From contig NC_068985.1 in assembly GCF_001194135.2 (NCBI RefSeq), positions 86,327,456 to 86,391,455 on the forward strand: a stretch of DNA of 64,000 nt. The letters run 5' to 3'. The translations under genes were made by a program, and so were the position numbers. Below the pieces are notes generated by a model. It was not told the DNA's origin. It was given only the letters and a program-made list of their open reading frames with translations, and ran no database searches. Origin of the DNA: Octopus bimaculoides (taxonomy: Eukaryota). Positions 50,739-64,000 of this stretch are shown piece after piece (the stretch's first letter is position 1; each line of letters begins with the position of its first letter).

Positions 50739-51571
50739 ATTTTTTGACCAGTTTTCACAATTCCAACTCCATAACTAAGCAACGCTATCCTGCATGTCTT
50801 TACTGCTTGGAATTTACTCCACCCACTCAATTATGGGCACAACACCTGTTGCAGTCTTTGGAGGCATTCTTTCTTTGGCTTTTATTTCCTCCTCTGTGAT
50901 TTCATTAAACTCTAGTATGCCAGATCTTTGTATTTATTGTTGTTGCTGCTGCTGCTGTTGTTGTTGTCTAATTCTCTTTTTAGTAACCAGTTACCAAATC
51001 CAATAAATTGATTTGTGTTAAAGTTTTGATATAAAAATAAAAAAATACATGATTTAGCTACGAAAAGAACTTTTAGAAAAATCCTTCTGTAAAGCAGAGG
51101 AAACTCACCTCAATGATTTAGTTGGACTAAAGATAATTATACTAGTTTGTTAGTTATTAGCAACTATCGTTGGCAGAAATAATTTTGGGTTCTAAGATTA
51201 AAAATATTTTTTTATTCTAAAAAATCAAAATTAAATAAGTTGCAGTGTACCTCTTTTTATTTGCAAGATTGACTGAAGCAGAGAAATGAGAAATGTGACT
51301 TGTCTTGAGCAAAACGTTTTTCTATTTAGATAAAATTCTAAAGCACCAATGACAAAACACAAGGCTATCATTATATGTGAGAAATCATCGTCATTTTAGA
51401 ATCTGTTTTTCACGCTTGCATAAGTTAGATGGATTAGTATTAATTCTTCATCTCTTTTATGAAACCAAAAATTCTCAAATTCCCACAAATTCTAAAATCT
51501 TTTTCCATCAGAAGAAATCTTTCATGATCAACTGACAAAACTTTTTCATTCAGTACACACACACACACATA

Positions 51572-51609
<38 letters not shown>

Positions 51610-51814
51610 TATATAGACATATCTATATATATGCACACACACCTTCATACATATACATATATATACAACACATATACACATGTATGTTTCCAAGTTGCAT
51701 GCTTATTTCGTTTTACTTGTTCTCCTCTACACATACATTGCTATCTCTGAATACTGATTTTCTTTCTCAATTCCTTTTCTTTAAATTATCATCATTTTTG
51801 TTTTGACCTCTTAG

Positions 51815-52098
51815 TCAAAGGGAAAGATAGTGGCCATGATGCTTGAAGGAACTTCAAGATTGGTGAGTGGGAGAATGCTATCCTTAAACCAGAAACCTGG
51901 CCCAAATACTTGCAACACAGTGATCTCCATTAGAGACACCCAAGGTACCTGGCAGATGTCTGAAAGTAAATGCCAGATTAAGTCTTTGGTTTGTTTAGTA
52001 GAAGAAGCAGTGCCCATTGCCATGGCAATATTTCCAAGACTGATGAGAGTCATCACAGTCAATGAGTTTCTTAAATATTTGAAAGTTGATGATTACAG
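51815..52098 (+). CDS. Probable 284-nt internal coding exon (phase 0 to phase 2), unidentified product
   Basis: Long pyrimidine tract with TTAG acceptor and CAG|GTAAAA donor. Only one frame is open: SKGKIVAMMLEGTSRLVSGRMLSLNQKPGPNTCNTVISIRDTQGTWQMSESKCQIKSLVCLVEEAVPIAMAIFPRLMRVITVNEFLKYLKVDDY. Confidence 0.65.
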
Positions 52099-55000
52099 GT
52101 AAAAAAATATGGCCAGGGTGGGATTCCATATTTATTTAGAAAGTTTTTGCACATTTAACGGACGGACCATACTTGTGTGATGTTCTCTCATGATATTACA
52201 TCACTGCCATATTTATCGAATGTTTCTCTAGCAGATATCAGAATATTGCTTACAAATTTTAGCACAAGGCCAACAGTTTTGGGAAAAGAGTATGTCAATT
52301 ACAACGACTCCAGTACTCAACTGGTACTTATTTTGTTGGCCCTGAAATGATGAATGGCAAAGTTGATCTCAGCAGCATTTGAACTTGGAGCATAAAAAGA
52401 CGAAATACCATTAAGCATCAAGATATTAATTATTAAATAATATTTTATGCAGTCTCTCTTGCACACAGATGCATAAATATATATATATATGTGCATGTGT
52501 GGAGACTTTTAAAATTTTACTACATCCTTTCTGCACACGGAACAAAAAAATCTCAATTTCTCTTTCCTTTCCTCATTCTAGTGACAATATTATTGGTAGA
52601 TATTTCTTCCCCATCCCTCACAAACTAAATCACCATCACCCACAAACCCATTCTCTGTCCACCAAGACCCTGAGGATGTGACCTCAGAGGTCCTGGCTCT
52701 GATAACATGACCAAAGTATTTCACTTTTTCCCAAATGACCCAACTTTCATTCTCTGTCCATCTTCTCAAGACTGAATCGTTTTATGGGCCACCCCACTCA
52801 ACCACAATACCTACCTGTAGCAAACACTGTGAGTCATTACACTTTCTGAGTAACAGATTCTTCTACCATTCCACCAGTTGCTGTATCTGAAAGCAGACCG
52901 TGGCCCATATGGAAGATTTTCCTGATGGTCACTATTCCTCTGAACTACAACATCTAAATTACAGATTTCCTCCCAGTTTGTCTGATATTCTGTTTCCTTC
53001 TTCATTTATCTGACTTAAATATTTATCACATTCTTATTGTTGAAATTTAACCCAAGTCAATCATAACAAAAGCAACCTGGATGAAGTGGGTTTCAGCCAT
53101 GATTATTTTGTGTTATGTTTTCATGATTATTTATTTAGACACAGTGCATTCTGGATCACATTATCAGATGTGTCGTTTATATTTTAAGATGGCAGGGTAT
53201 GATTTGAGGGCTATTAATCTATTATCTCTAGCTCCGATCCAGCAGAGTTATAATTTCAAGATACTCCAGTGGGTGGTAGACTAAATCTATCTCTCGCTTC
53301 ACCACCATATCTTCTCCCTAGGGCCTTGAGAAAAGCCTATTCTGTTGCAAGCATTCTGGTTTGAGGGTAAGTTTATCACCTTCTTCTCTCTAGACTCTGA
53401 AACCCTGAAAAATGTTACAGGCAACCCTCCACCCTAAGAATAAGCAATGAAAAAGAAAATCCAACGACTGCCTCATGCAATCCTGTCCTTTATTCATATG
53501 CACTGTATTTTGGATGACATTATCAAATATATCCTTCATATTCTTATGATGGGAAAGTGTAATTTGTGGTAAATTTGGTTGTTATTTCTAGCAGATTAAG
53601 TGACCATCTACAGGCTCTTTTATTAGGTTGAAGTTATGTTTAGTTTTCTTTATTGTTGAACAAGGGTGATAATGAAAATGAAAGGAACCTCAAAAGCTGG
53701 TATTGCTTCACATTTTGCTCCAGCACAGACTTGAAGGAAACATTATAAAAATATTCTGTCTGTGTGTCTGCTGAGACAATGTGTCCAACATTTTAACCAT
53801 TAAGCTCCTTTAAAGAGTATCAGTTTTACATACAATGAATAATACATAGCGGATGTGAACAACAAAAAGCAAAACAAACAAACATGAAATATGAAATATA
53901 AAAATTTCTTTGTAAATTATTCGGAAAATTTACTTCAAAATATATCAAGCTATTTTAATGTTTTTATAATGAGAGTTTTATGGCAGATGGCCAAGATGGT
54001 GAAAGAAAGTAAAAAACAAAAATTAAAGTAACACAGAAAAAAAATTATAAAAAAACAATATAAGCCTGTAAAACAAACAAAAGGCAAACAATTTTGTTGA
54101 AGTGAGACGACTTAGGTATCAAGGAATAATGAATTAATCATTCCTTGATATAAAGAATATAAGAGTTATTTTAAATTTCCTCTCCCCTCCCTTCAAGCCC
54201 AGCTCCTCACTCCATCTCTAAAATGTTATCGTTATCATTTATCTTAATAATAGTTTCCAGTAACTTATTACAAAGTGTACCAAGTACTGTTGATTATTAT
54301 TTCTTTAGGGAATTTAAAACAGGCCATATTTATTTAGTTGATTTTATAGAAATTCTTATAAATTTTATCTTTAATTTCTGTGGCTTAAATGAAGAAAACA
54401 AAATGACCAACCATTTCTCTGGAGATAATTCTTCTTTTCAACTCTAAATCTCTGACATTTGTCAAGAATTACCTTACTTTAATCTTCTAGAATTATTTCT
54501 CATTAGTCGCTCCAACACCTATGGCCTTTATCTTACATTAGTCTCCCAAAGGCTACATCACCTGAGCTTTCAGACATTAAAGCTGACAAGGGAGCCTTTA
54601 TGGAGTTGTTAATTTGTCTAGAAACAACAGCCAAATACTCGCAAATTTCCACTCTACTCTTCTACAAAAAACAAAAAAGAATCCAAATGTTACATTAGCT
54701 ACTGTAGTCTTAGATGCATTATGCCAGCCTGAATAAAAGATCTGGTGATCATAGCTTTTAATCACTTGGGCTAAATTGCAACAACAACAACAATTGTAAT
54801 ATAGATTCTAAACATTATCTCAATTCCTAAGGTCTTAAGTTTGAGGTTGGGATAAATTGTTGTCGATATAATCAACTCTGATGTTAACGAAGCTTCTATT
54901 TTTTTTATGAGTCTCAGTAAGTTGAGAAGCAGAATTGACCTTAATGGCTTTTAAACACAAAATAGACTTTACCGTTTGGATTGAAGCATGGCTATATGGC

Positions 55001-55858
55001 TTAGGTATTTTACTTTGGTATCATGTGGTTCTAAGTTCAATTCCACTGTGTGATATCTTTGGCAAGTCTCTTCTACTTTAGTCTTGTTTTGAGCAAGGTA
55101 TTAGAAGTGAAATATGGTAGGCAAAAACTTTGTGGTAACCTGTATACGTGTACACGTACACACACACACACACACATGTAAACTTTATTTCTGACATCAC
55201 ATACTATGACAAAAGAATTGTATATACTTCAGTAGGCTTTAGGCAACATACTCACACATAAACGCGCAAAGTAATCCATCTGCCCACTGAGGTAATTCTA
55301 CTTTTCCAAGTCAGTAGTTTTCAGTGTGGCCTTTGCTCCAGTTTATTGTACCCCAGGGAAAGTAGTGGACTCAGAACCCTGACTTCAAGGAACAATTCGC
55401 TTACACCTCAGGACAGATGAAATTTTATTTCTTTGAAGGACTTTGAGATAAAGGAAATGACCTGCCAAGTATATTCTAGAACATCCTCACCAAAGCTGCC
55501 TTCGTACTCACCTATAATGCATAAGTGCAGCCTTTCTCATAACGAGAAATATATACATACATATGTATGTATGTATGTATGTATGTATGTCATTATTCAG
55601 TTTATTTCAAGATTTCTTGCCAATGGAGAAAGAACTGGTTTCTAACCTAAATCCAAGGCTCCTTCATTGTAAGTGATTTTGTTGAGCAACTTTTCAAATA
55701 CACATATTCTGGGTTAATCCTTTGAGAAGTTGTTTACTAGTAATGGTGTTGAATATGTCCAGTTTAATTTTGGATTTAGTATTTTTATGAAGAATTCTTC
55801 TTTTGCCTTTCATAGTTGATCATTTCCATTGAATTTTCCATTTGCATGCACACATATA

Positions 55859-56403
55859 TTAGGTCTTCCCATAAATAATGTGCTTTTTACAATTGCATAA
55901 ACTAAAAGTTGGAGGGGGATTGGATAAACTACCTGTATCAACTTACTATAAAAGCAGGTAATAATTTTACCTTGCATTTATTCTTAGTGCAAGTTTGAAG
56001 GGTGCAGTTTGATTTTAACAATTATGTTTTCAAAGCTAAAATGGAAATGACAAAAGAACATATTTGGCATATTTTGTTTTATGAGTTCAATAAAGGCACC
56101 AATGCAATGGAAAGTGTGAGGAATATTAATGCAGTATATGGGGATTGGACAAGTGTAAACCAGTGTCAATGGCGATTCCAGAAATTCCAAGCTAGAAACT
56201 GCAGCCTAGAAGATGACCCCTATCCTGGAAGATCTGTAGCACTTGACAAGGACATCCTGCAAACCCTGGTGGAACAAAATCCCATTGTAACTGCTGAGGA
56301 ACCAGCAGGGAAGCTTGGAGCTGCTCTTTCAAGCATTCATTGACACCTGCGTGCCATCGGAAAAGTCAGCAAATTGGTTCAATGGGTTCCTCACAAACTT
56401 TCT
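55859..56403 (+). mobile_element. Mariner transposon 5' half (second family), truncated by a SINE
   Basis: TA|TTAGGTC.. terminus; MEMTKEHIWHILFYEFNKG..SLEDDPYPGRS..LRAIGKVSKLVQWVPHKL (WVPHEL-type linker); one internal stop. Confidence 0.88.
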
Positions 56404-57577
56404 AATCGCACACTTATTCTATCGTTCTCTTTTGCCGAACCGCTAAGTTACGGGGACTTAACTACACCAGCATCGGTTGTCAAGCGATGTTGGGGACACA
56501 CACAGACACACAAACATACACCCCCCCCCCACACACATATATATATGTGTATGTATATATATGTATATATATTAATATATAGGCATATAAATATGTATAT
56601 ATGTACATATAGGAATATAAATACACACACATATATATGTATACATATAAATATGCATGNNNNNNNNNNNNNNNNNNNNNNNNNNATATATATATATATA
56701 CATACGTATTCATGTAGATATATATTTATATATTTATTTACATATTCATGTATGTGTATGTGTGTGTGTGTGTGTGTATGTACATTGTCAATAAAGTTGA
56801 TAAAGTTGTGTACTCGAACAAAAGTACCTCTTGTGCTATTTGTTCTGCCCAAATTACACTGTTTCCCCTTTGTCACCATTGCCATTGTCTATATGGAGAC
56901 CCAGTAATTTACTCACTGAAAATCTGTTATAAACGGCAGAATACTTTCCAAAATGTTGCCTGAAATACAGAAAGTGATGCAATGGAACATTGCAAAGAAT
57001 TTAATTTAGTATCCAACAATTTCTGCATTCCATCTTATTCCATCTGAGTTTGATATGAAATATTATTCTGTTAATATCATTCATTCTTCCCCACTTTTCT
57101 TCCATATATATTTCAACTATGTTTGTGTGTATAAATGTATATACTTACATTCATACATATCTATACACACATACATATATATATATATTTATGAATGTAT
57201 GTATCTAAGTGCTATGTACAGTATTTCCTCCCTCCAAAATTTTCCTTTTATCTTCCACTTGCATGGAATGGTAACAGAATTTTAGATTTTTCACTTCTAT
57301 CTTTAGAAGGAAATCATAAATGGTTGAGTTGATCGTTGAATATGTACCCTGAAACTATCTTACATGTTTAGTAGCAAAGTGATAGATAGATTCCAAATAC
57401 ACATGACTCTCAGAAGACAATTCCACCTGACTGTATGGAGGTATCAATACCTAGCATAATCCTGGAATTTCTGGCAACTTCAGAACTTCAGAACTGACAT
57501 CAGGGAAATGTTAGCTTCAGGTACCAAGTTCTGTTTCTTGTTACCCATGGATAATATGTATGTACACAAGGGAAATG

Positions 57578-57795
57578 GTGCCACATAAAAAGCACTGGTG
57601 CTGGTGCCATGTAATAGCACCAGTGCTGACGCCACATAAAAAGCAGGTTCCACGTAAAAGGCACTGGTGCTAGTGTCCCATAAAACGCATTGGTGTTGGT
57701 GCCACATAAAAAACACCGGAGCTGGTGTCACATGAAAGCACTAATATGGACATCATGTAAGAGGCGCTGGTGCTGCTGGTGCCACGTAAAAACCA
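57578..57795 (+). repeat. Degenerate ~25-bp minisatellite (GGTGCCACATAAAAAGCACTGGTGC-like, about 8 units) leading into an RTE-tail-like repeat
   Basis: Recurring GTGCCACRTAAAA / GCACTGGTGCT units. Confidence 0.8.
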
Positions 57796-57937
57796 TCCAG
57801 GACATTCTGTAGAGTGGTTGGCTTTAGAAAGGGTATCCAGCCATGGAAACCAAGTAGAAATAGACAAATGGAACCTAGAATGGATCCTGGATTTGTCAAA
57901 CCATCCAACTCATGTCAGCATTGAAAACAAACGTTAA

Positions 57938-57990
<53 letters not shown>

Positions 57991-58860
57991 GGTGGTGGTG
58001 GTGGTGGTGGTGGTGGTGGTGGTGGTGGTGAAGGTGGTGGTAATGATGATGATGGTGAGATAGTGTTGGTGATGATGATTATGATGATGAATATTTGTGT
58101 CTCATCTACTTTACAGACATAAAATAGAAGCCTGATAAATGAAATAATTAGTAAATCATTGAATTGCCATCAGCTTTAATGATGAAATCTTTCCTGTTTT
58201 ATGAATAAACGAATTGCCTACTCAATGGATTATAATGTAAGTGGCTGTGTATTCCATAGACAGTTTTAGTCTTAAACAAAATACTTGAAGAGAACCAAAT
58301 CTACCCAGTGTGTTAGGGGTACAGTCTATCTGAAGGGGTCACACAGTTGATGTTTGCCCAATTTAATTCATATGGTTTTGGTTGATTGAAAGAAGATGTA
58401 AAAGACAATTGCTGAAGATGCTTGACAGAACCATGTCTGTGGTCATGTGATTTTTCAAGTGAATAACTATTTGGAACTAAAATCCATGCTCCACTAACCT
58501 ACACAACATGCATTCTAAAAAACCCCAACCAAAGCTCAAACACCACTCATACAGATCATTTGCCATCGTTTTAACATCTACCTTTCCATGCTTTCATGAG
58601 TCAGAAGGATTGTATTGTGCCTCATTTTCTATGGCTGGATGCTTTTCATGTCATCAACCCTCACCTGTTTGCAAGCAAAGTAATATTCCCGAAGTTTTTT
58701 GAACATCTAAATGACTGGACACGTCTTCATGGAAGATTGCAGACAGGTGGCACTTTTCTTTGCATGAACGGGGAACTTGTTTATAGTCACCCCCCCCCCC
58801 CCACACACACACAATGGTACACACAAACATATACATACTTTATATACATATATATATATG

Positions 58861-59017
58861 AAAAGTTTCTTTACAGTTTCTGTCAACCAAGTCCATTGAC
58901 GGCATTGGTTAGCTCAAGGATAGAATCGAAAACACTTTCCTAATGTGTTACAACGTGGGACTGAACCTACAGCCAAGTGGTTGTGAAGCAAGCATCTTAA
59001 CAGCCATGGCAATGCCT
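58861..59017 (-). mobile_element. tRNA-derived SINE family with GTTAAGAAG..GTTCAGTCCCAC..GGCACCTTGGGCAAG-type head
   Basis: Diverged copies at about 20895-21000, 38850-39015, 40880-41030, 41380-41500, 43130-43220 and 54985-55150. Confidence 0.65.
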
Positions 59018-59239
59018 GGAGTGTTTTCTTATATTGGTACAGAGTTGTTTTCTTTTTCTTTTCCAGAAAAGGGCCATTAATACTTGACTGGTACATATTT
59101 GATTGACTGGCCTCTTTCTCCATCAATCTCCATCACATGTAAACTGAGTGAAAAAGTGCAAAAGGACATTAACTAAATACCAGAAGCAATTTGGCTGCAA
59201 ACCCCACTCTCTCCCATCAATTTTATGATGTTTACTAAT

Positions 59240-60230
59240 CTAGAGAGTGTGTCAGTTTTTTGAGGACAAGCGATAGCTCACTTCCAGAAAGTCACTCCAT
59301 CCTTCGTTGTCAAAGTTCGAAAGGAGCTGGAAGCTGCTGACAGAGATCCAACATCAGCAGCTAAATGCAAGACACATGCACAGAGTGTCTAATACCATCA
59401 GAAAATGTAACTTTGTACAAAACAGCCAAGAAATAATTGCTAAAAGTCAATCGGAGCCACGGCAAAGGACCTCAAAACCTTAGAATGCACCATCAGAAGA
59501 TTTGTGCAAGAAGACATCCAGTACAAGTTGTATATCTCATCTGACATAATATGTCAGATGTGACAAGAGAGAATCATTCAATCTGTGCCAAGAGCTTGCT
59601 AAACACAACTGAAAACAGAAAAAAGGTTGAAATGTTTTGGGGTTTTTCTGATGAGAAAATCTTTGTTCAGGACCAAAAGTCAAACTGATGGTTATGCAGA
59701 GAGCAGTGCGACATCAACAGTCTTTCTTAGAAATTCTCAGTAACTGCTATGGTTCTGGGAGTCATCAGCAAGGGAGGAGATGTCACACCCCTTCATATTT
59801 GTGTTTCACAAGGCTCAAGAGTTCAATGGTGCTGAATGCACAGGCATTGTTTGAAAAATTTGTGAGGCCTTGGGTAGACAGAATACACAATGGAAGACTG
59901 TATGTCGTCCAGCAAGACTCTGAACTATCTTGTATGGCTAGAACAACCCAAGCATGGCTGTGTGCCAATCTCCATGGTGATATTCTCCCAGACATATGGC
60001 CTCCTAGCCTGCAAGACTGCAGTCAACTGGACTATTACGTATGTGGTATAGTTGATATTTTTTTATCAATGACCCCATAACATCATACAATCTCCAAAGT
60101 CTGCCATAACCAGCATTATGTCCAAAATTAATAAAAGTCATCTGATTCGAGCAAGTCAGCACTTCCAACCACATACCGAAGCAGCCATTCATGCTAACAG
60201 TGGATTCATTGAGTAGATATGGTAAAAGGT
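59240..60230 (+). mobile_element. Degenerate maT-type (DD37D) Tc1/mariner transposase
   Basis: FSDEKIF, MVLGVIS, then QQD (D at 59916) and LDY (D at 60030) separated by exactly 37 residues including TQAWL and WPP. Confidence 0.8.
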
Positions 60231-60473
60231 TTCTTCAGATTATTTCTACTAATTTGTTCTTAAACACAGTTTTTCTTTAATAAGCATCTTTTTCTAAATT
60301 CATGCAAAAGATCCGAAAGAAACATTCATTCTGTATTTTAGGTAATTGTAGCTGTTTAGCCCAAAGTCAACTATCATTGAAAAGACCAAATGTTCCAGAT
60401 AAGAACATCCTTTCTGCTGTTTTCAGACAGTGCATATTTAAAACAACATTATCCAATATGTCCATCTGTTGTT

Positions 60474-60953
60474 TTAACCAATTTGATAGCAACCCATCTG
60501 AGACCACCACTTGAGACCACTCCGTCTATGAAACCAGCCTCCTGTTTTCAAGTGATTTTAATTAAAATCTATCTAAATTTCATGTTAAATTGTCCCAAAT
60601 ACCAGCTTATTGACAAAGTTATTACGCAAAATACTGCATTATTTCTAATATTAATTAAAGCAAAGACAGAGTATTTCAACAGAAATATGGTGACAAAAGG
60701 GTTAAATAATATTAGAATGTGTCACTAAGGTTATCCCTATTTTTAACCCATTTTGATACTATCCTGCCTCAGATCAACTCTGCTTCTACGATGCTTCATG
60801 TGTTCTAAACCAAAACCTGCCATCAAAATTTCATGCTAACTTTTGCTCCAAACATCAGATCAATAATGACAAAGTTATTTTCTTCATTGTCTTAAAAATT
60901 CATTGAAACCCATGTCGTGTATTTCAACAGAATTAAAGTGACTAAAGGGTTAA
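60474..60953. mobile_element. Two adjacent related TTAA-ended MITE-like elements (60474-60705 and 60743-60953)
   Basis: Each starts TTAACC(A/C) and ends TATTTCAACAGAA..GTGAC.AAAGGGTTAA; internal segments are similar. Confidence 0.6.
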
Positions 60954-61743
60954 AGACATTATGGTATGATTCAAGAAATATATTGTGGCCACTTCTTGCA
61001 GTTTGTTCATTGATGCTACTAGAGGAAATCTAATTAGAGAGACGGATGTTGCAGAAGGTAACTGTTCTGGTAATAAATTTTGGATGCCAGTAGTTTTAAA
61101 TCTAATTTGGAGAAGAGACCCAAATAGTGGTTGATGGAAAGAGAGAGTGAGATGAGGAAATCTAATCCGCCACTACTAACTGAAGTACTTCTAGTATTCC
61201 CAGCTAGACGTGCACTCAGCTCATGAGTTCATAAGAGCTTCTGGGATAAACAGGGAAACATTAACACCAGCATCATTAAAATTTGAAGGCTAGAATGGTG
61301 AAATTATAGACTTGGAATTGATTTTCTTCAACACTCAATATTTTACTGGCCTCCATTAAATATTATACTATTAATATATGCTTAGAACTTTCCCCATATT
61401 TATAAATCAAAAAATATTTACATAGATTCAAACCTGTAACATAAAATTATCTAAACAGGCTAAACAGGCTAAACATTAAAATCAAAAAATAAAAATATGG
61501 CATTTAAAAGAATAAAAAAGAAAAGAAGCAAGTGCACCAATAAATAAAGTGTGGAATGGAAACAACCTGTCTTCCTAAATTCCTGGTAATTATATAAATA
61601 TTTGTGGTGCTTTTATTCATTGTTTTTTCCTGATTTATAAATATTCATGAATATATTTGGAAATAGGTTTATATGTATTTGTTTTCTGTAACACTTTTAC
61701 ATGGCACTAAAACACGCTTGTCTTTGCTTTGTTTATTTACAAG

Positions 61744-61836
61744 TTCTAATACGGCGAACAAAGACAGCAACTCAATAAGGCCAGATCAAAAGAGAGCAGC
61801 GACTGAGCAACTCGTAATCATCTTACTCCGTATCAG
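61744..61836 (+). CDS. Possible 93-nt symmetric (phase 2 to phase 2) exon
   Basis: Strong pyrimidine tract with AAG acceptor, CAG|GTACAT donor, one open frame (SNTANKDSNSIRPDQKRAATEQLVIILLRI). Phase-compatible with 52098. Confidence 0.33.
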
Positions 61837-62204
61837 GTACATACATATATATACATATATATACATACGTATACATCCATGCATATGCATACATGTATAC
61901 ATGTATACATACATATCTACATGCATGCACATACATACATGAATACAAACACATCTACACAAACACACACACACACACACACACATACATATCCACACAG
62001 ACACTTACAGGTTCAGTGTTGAATATTGCAAGTGAGAGCAATCAATACCATAGCAAATGTTGATGAGATTCTATTATGGTCAAATCAGTCGTTTGCTAAT
62101 CTGAGTTTCACTTGTAACTGCATAGCATCTTGAAGCAAGTTCTGACTTGCCTGAGTGCCTAATGGTAAAACTCAGAGTAGCTAGTGATTTAATTGACCAA
62201 AATG

Positions 62205-62241
<37 letters not shown>

Positions 62242-62337
62242 NNNNNNNNNNNNNNNNNNNNNNNNNNNNNNNNNNNNNNNNNNNNNNNNNNNNNNNNNNN
62301 NNNNNNNNNNNNNNNNNNNNNNNNNNNNNNNNNNNNN

Positions 62338-62393
<56 letters not shown>

Positions 62394-64000
62394 TATATAG
62401 ATAGATAGATAGAGAGAGAGAGAAAGGGAGAGAGAAAGTAAGAGATATGCAGACAAGTGGAAATAAATGTACATAAATACATACAGGCATGCACAAACAC
62501 GCACATATACATACATATTCATCGTCATCACCAGCAGCAGCAGCAACAGCAGTAACATTTTTATGTCTGCTTTCCTCTGATGAAACCCTGTAAGATGATG
62601 ATGCAACCATCAATGTGCTGAGGGGCAGTAAAGACTCATCTGAGATCTCTGAGACCATGTGTCACTGCACATCGCAAGATTTACACACAAAAGTCAGTAA
62701 CATGCAACGTGACCTACAGTTTTGTGATAGACTAATAGGAAAATCATAAAATGTTGCTAACTGGAAAATTTAAAGATAAATTTCATCTAAATCTTTGTAG
62801 AAAAATAACGTAATTCAGTTAAGTTTGTATATATTGCACAAAACCTATACAACAACAGCAAATGACCTTTTCAGAATAACCAACAGAAAGCTAATACTTA
62901 ACTCATTAACAAAAGCTCAAACTACATGGACACATTCTTCATTGTTAATAAATTCTATATAAATATCAGCTTACACTTGTCAATCATGCACTAAGCTGAG
63001 ATATCTTTCATGAGATCATCTTAATATTAGCATGAGACCCTAGAATTAAGTGACTTCAGGGATAATATTCAATGTAGAACAAATGTCAGAAATTTTATCA
63101 ACGCCCCAAAATTTTATAAGCACAAAATATCATGGTTCAGATTACTCATCTCCATCTCAAATTCTGCCTGTAGATAACTCACTTTGAGAATCTGCCAAAC
63201 TAAAGCACAGTTGATCAACAAAGTCTCTCAACATATAGATGCTAAAATGATATTACACTCCCAAAAGCCTAACTTTCTTGACATGCAACTTACATTATCT
63301 CCAAAAGCTGTCTAATTGATGGCCTATGTCTCAAAACATCAATAGTCTACTGATCAGCTAGATGTCTCCACTGACAACATTCACAAAATATATATCAGTT
63401 TAACTGTCAAGACTCTAAAGTTTAGAATTTATCAACACACACACTCATTCATAAATATTAACAGATATGCAGCCACCAACTTTTTCTAGTACATGTAATC
63501 ACTGAAAAACTAAAAGTACACCTGATATAACATCAAATGGAGAAACATAGAACATACTAAAACATACAAGCTGAAAGGGAAAAGCAGTTTATGTGTCACA
63601 AAGAAATTGGCATGTTGCTCTCTCTCAGATCAACTCCTGCTTTAATATCTGAACTGATTTCCTTTTGTATGTAAAAACCGAAGTCCATATGCAAAAACTA
63701 AAAAAATGCAACAGACAACATTAACACATATCTGTTCATGTAACCTATAGCCAACTGAGAATGACATGATGCACATGCTAACCTATACAGAACCCTCCAT
63801 ACAACACATAAAGCCAACAGCCTGTATTCTGTAGAGCATGTTTTAATATTCACAGTCTGTGGGTATAACCCAGCTACCACAATCTGTACAATTCAGTATA
63901 ATACTGCCAGCCAGAACCCCCCCATAACCTATATTATACATTATAAACCCAAATGTCCTATTCTGAATGTTTGTTATCTATGCTTATGAGTTTCCAAATC

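Noticed and set aside
52811-53005. 64-aa minus ORF ending at AG|GTAGGT
   Set aside because: No pyrimidine tract or acceptor, and an in-frame stop lies just upstream.
62590-62750. Plus-strand frame DDDATINVLRGSKDSS..
   Set aside because: Weak acceptor, in-frame stop directly upstream, product unrecognised.

Overview
AT-rich, microsatellite-saturated animal genomic DNA with eight N-gaps, most flanked by simple repeats. The repeat style suggests an octopus-like coleoid cephalopod (inference). No complete gene, rRNA, true tRNA or CRISPR array is supportable, and nearly all ORF-track entries are microsatellite or transposon by-products. The window is mostly intronic or intergenic fossil mobile DNA: several SINE families, four Dong/R4-type REL-endonuclease LINE fragments (three beside (TAA)n arrays), Penelope-like RT and endonuclease fragments, an RTE endonuclease fragment, and Tc1, mariner, maT (DD37D), hAT and TTAA-ended MITE remnants. 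A few splice-bounded exons of an unidentified + strand gene are present (best: 33075-33130, 33399-33607, 51815-52098). The most notable observation is hammerhead-ribozyme architecture in three unrelated repeat families. One is a 3-copy SINE built as a tRNA-like Pol III head, an (AAT)n spacer, a minimal type I hammerhead and a short tandem tail, found in the same window as Penelope-like RT/EN fossils. This suggests a Pol III-driven, ribozyme-processed non-autonomous retroelement. Activity and novelty are untested. A 426-bp foldback that has copied flanking LINE tail sequence into its opposite arm is also notable.
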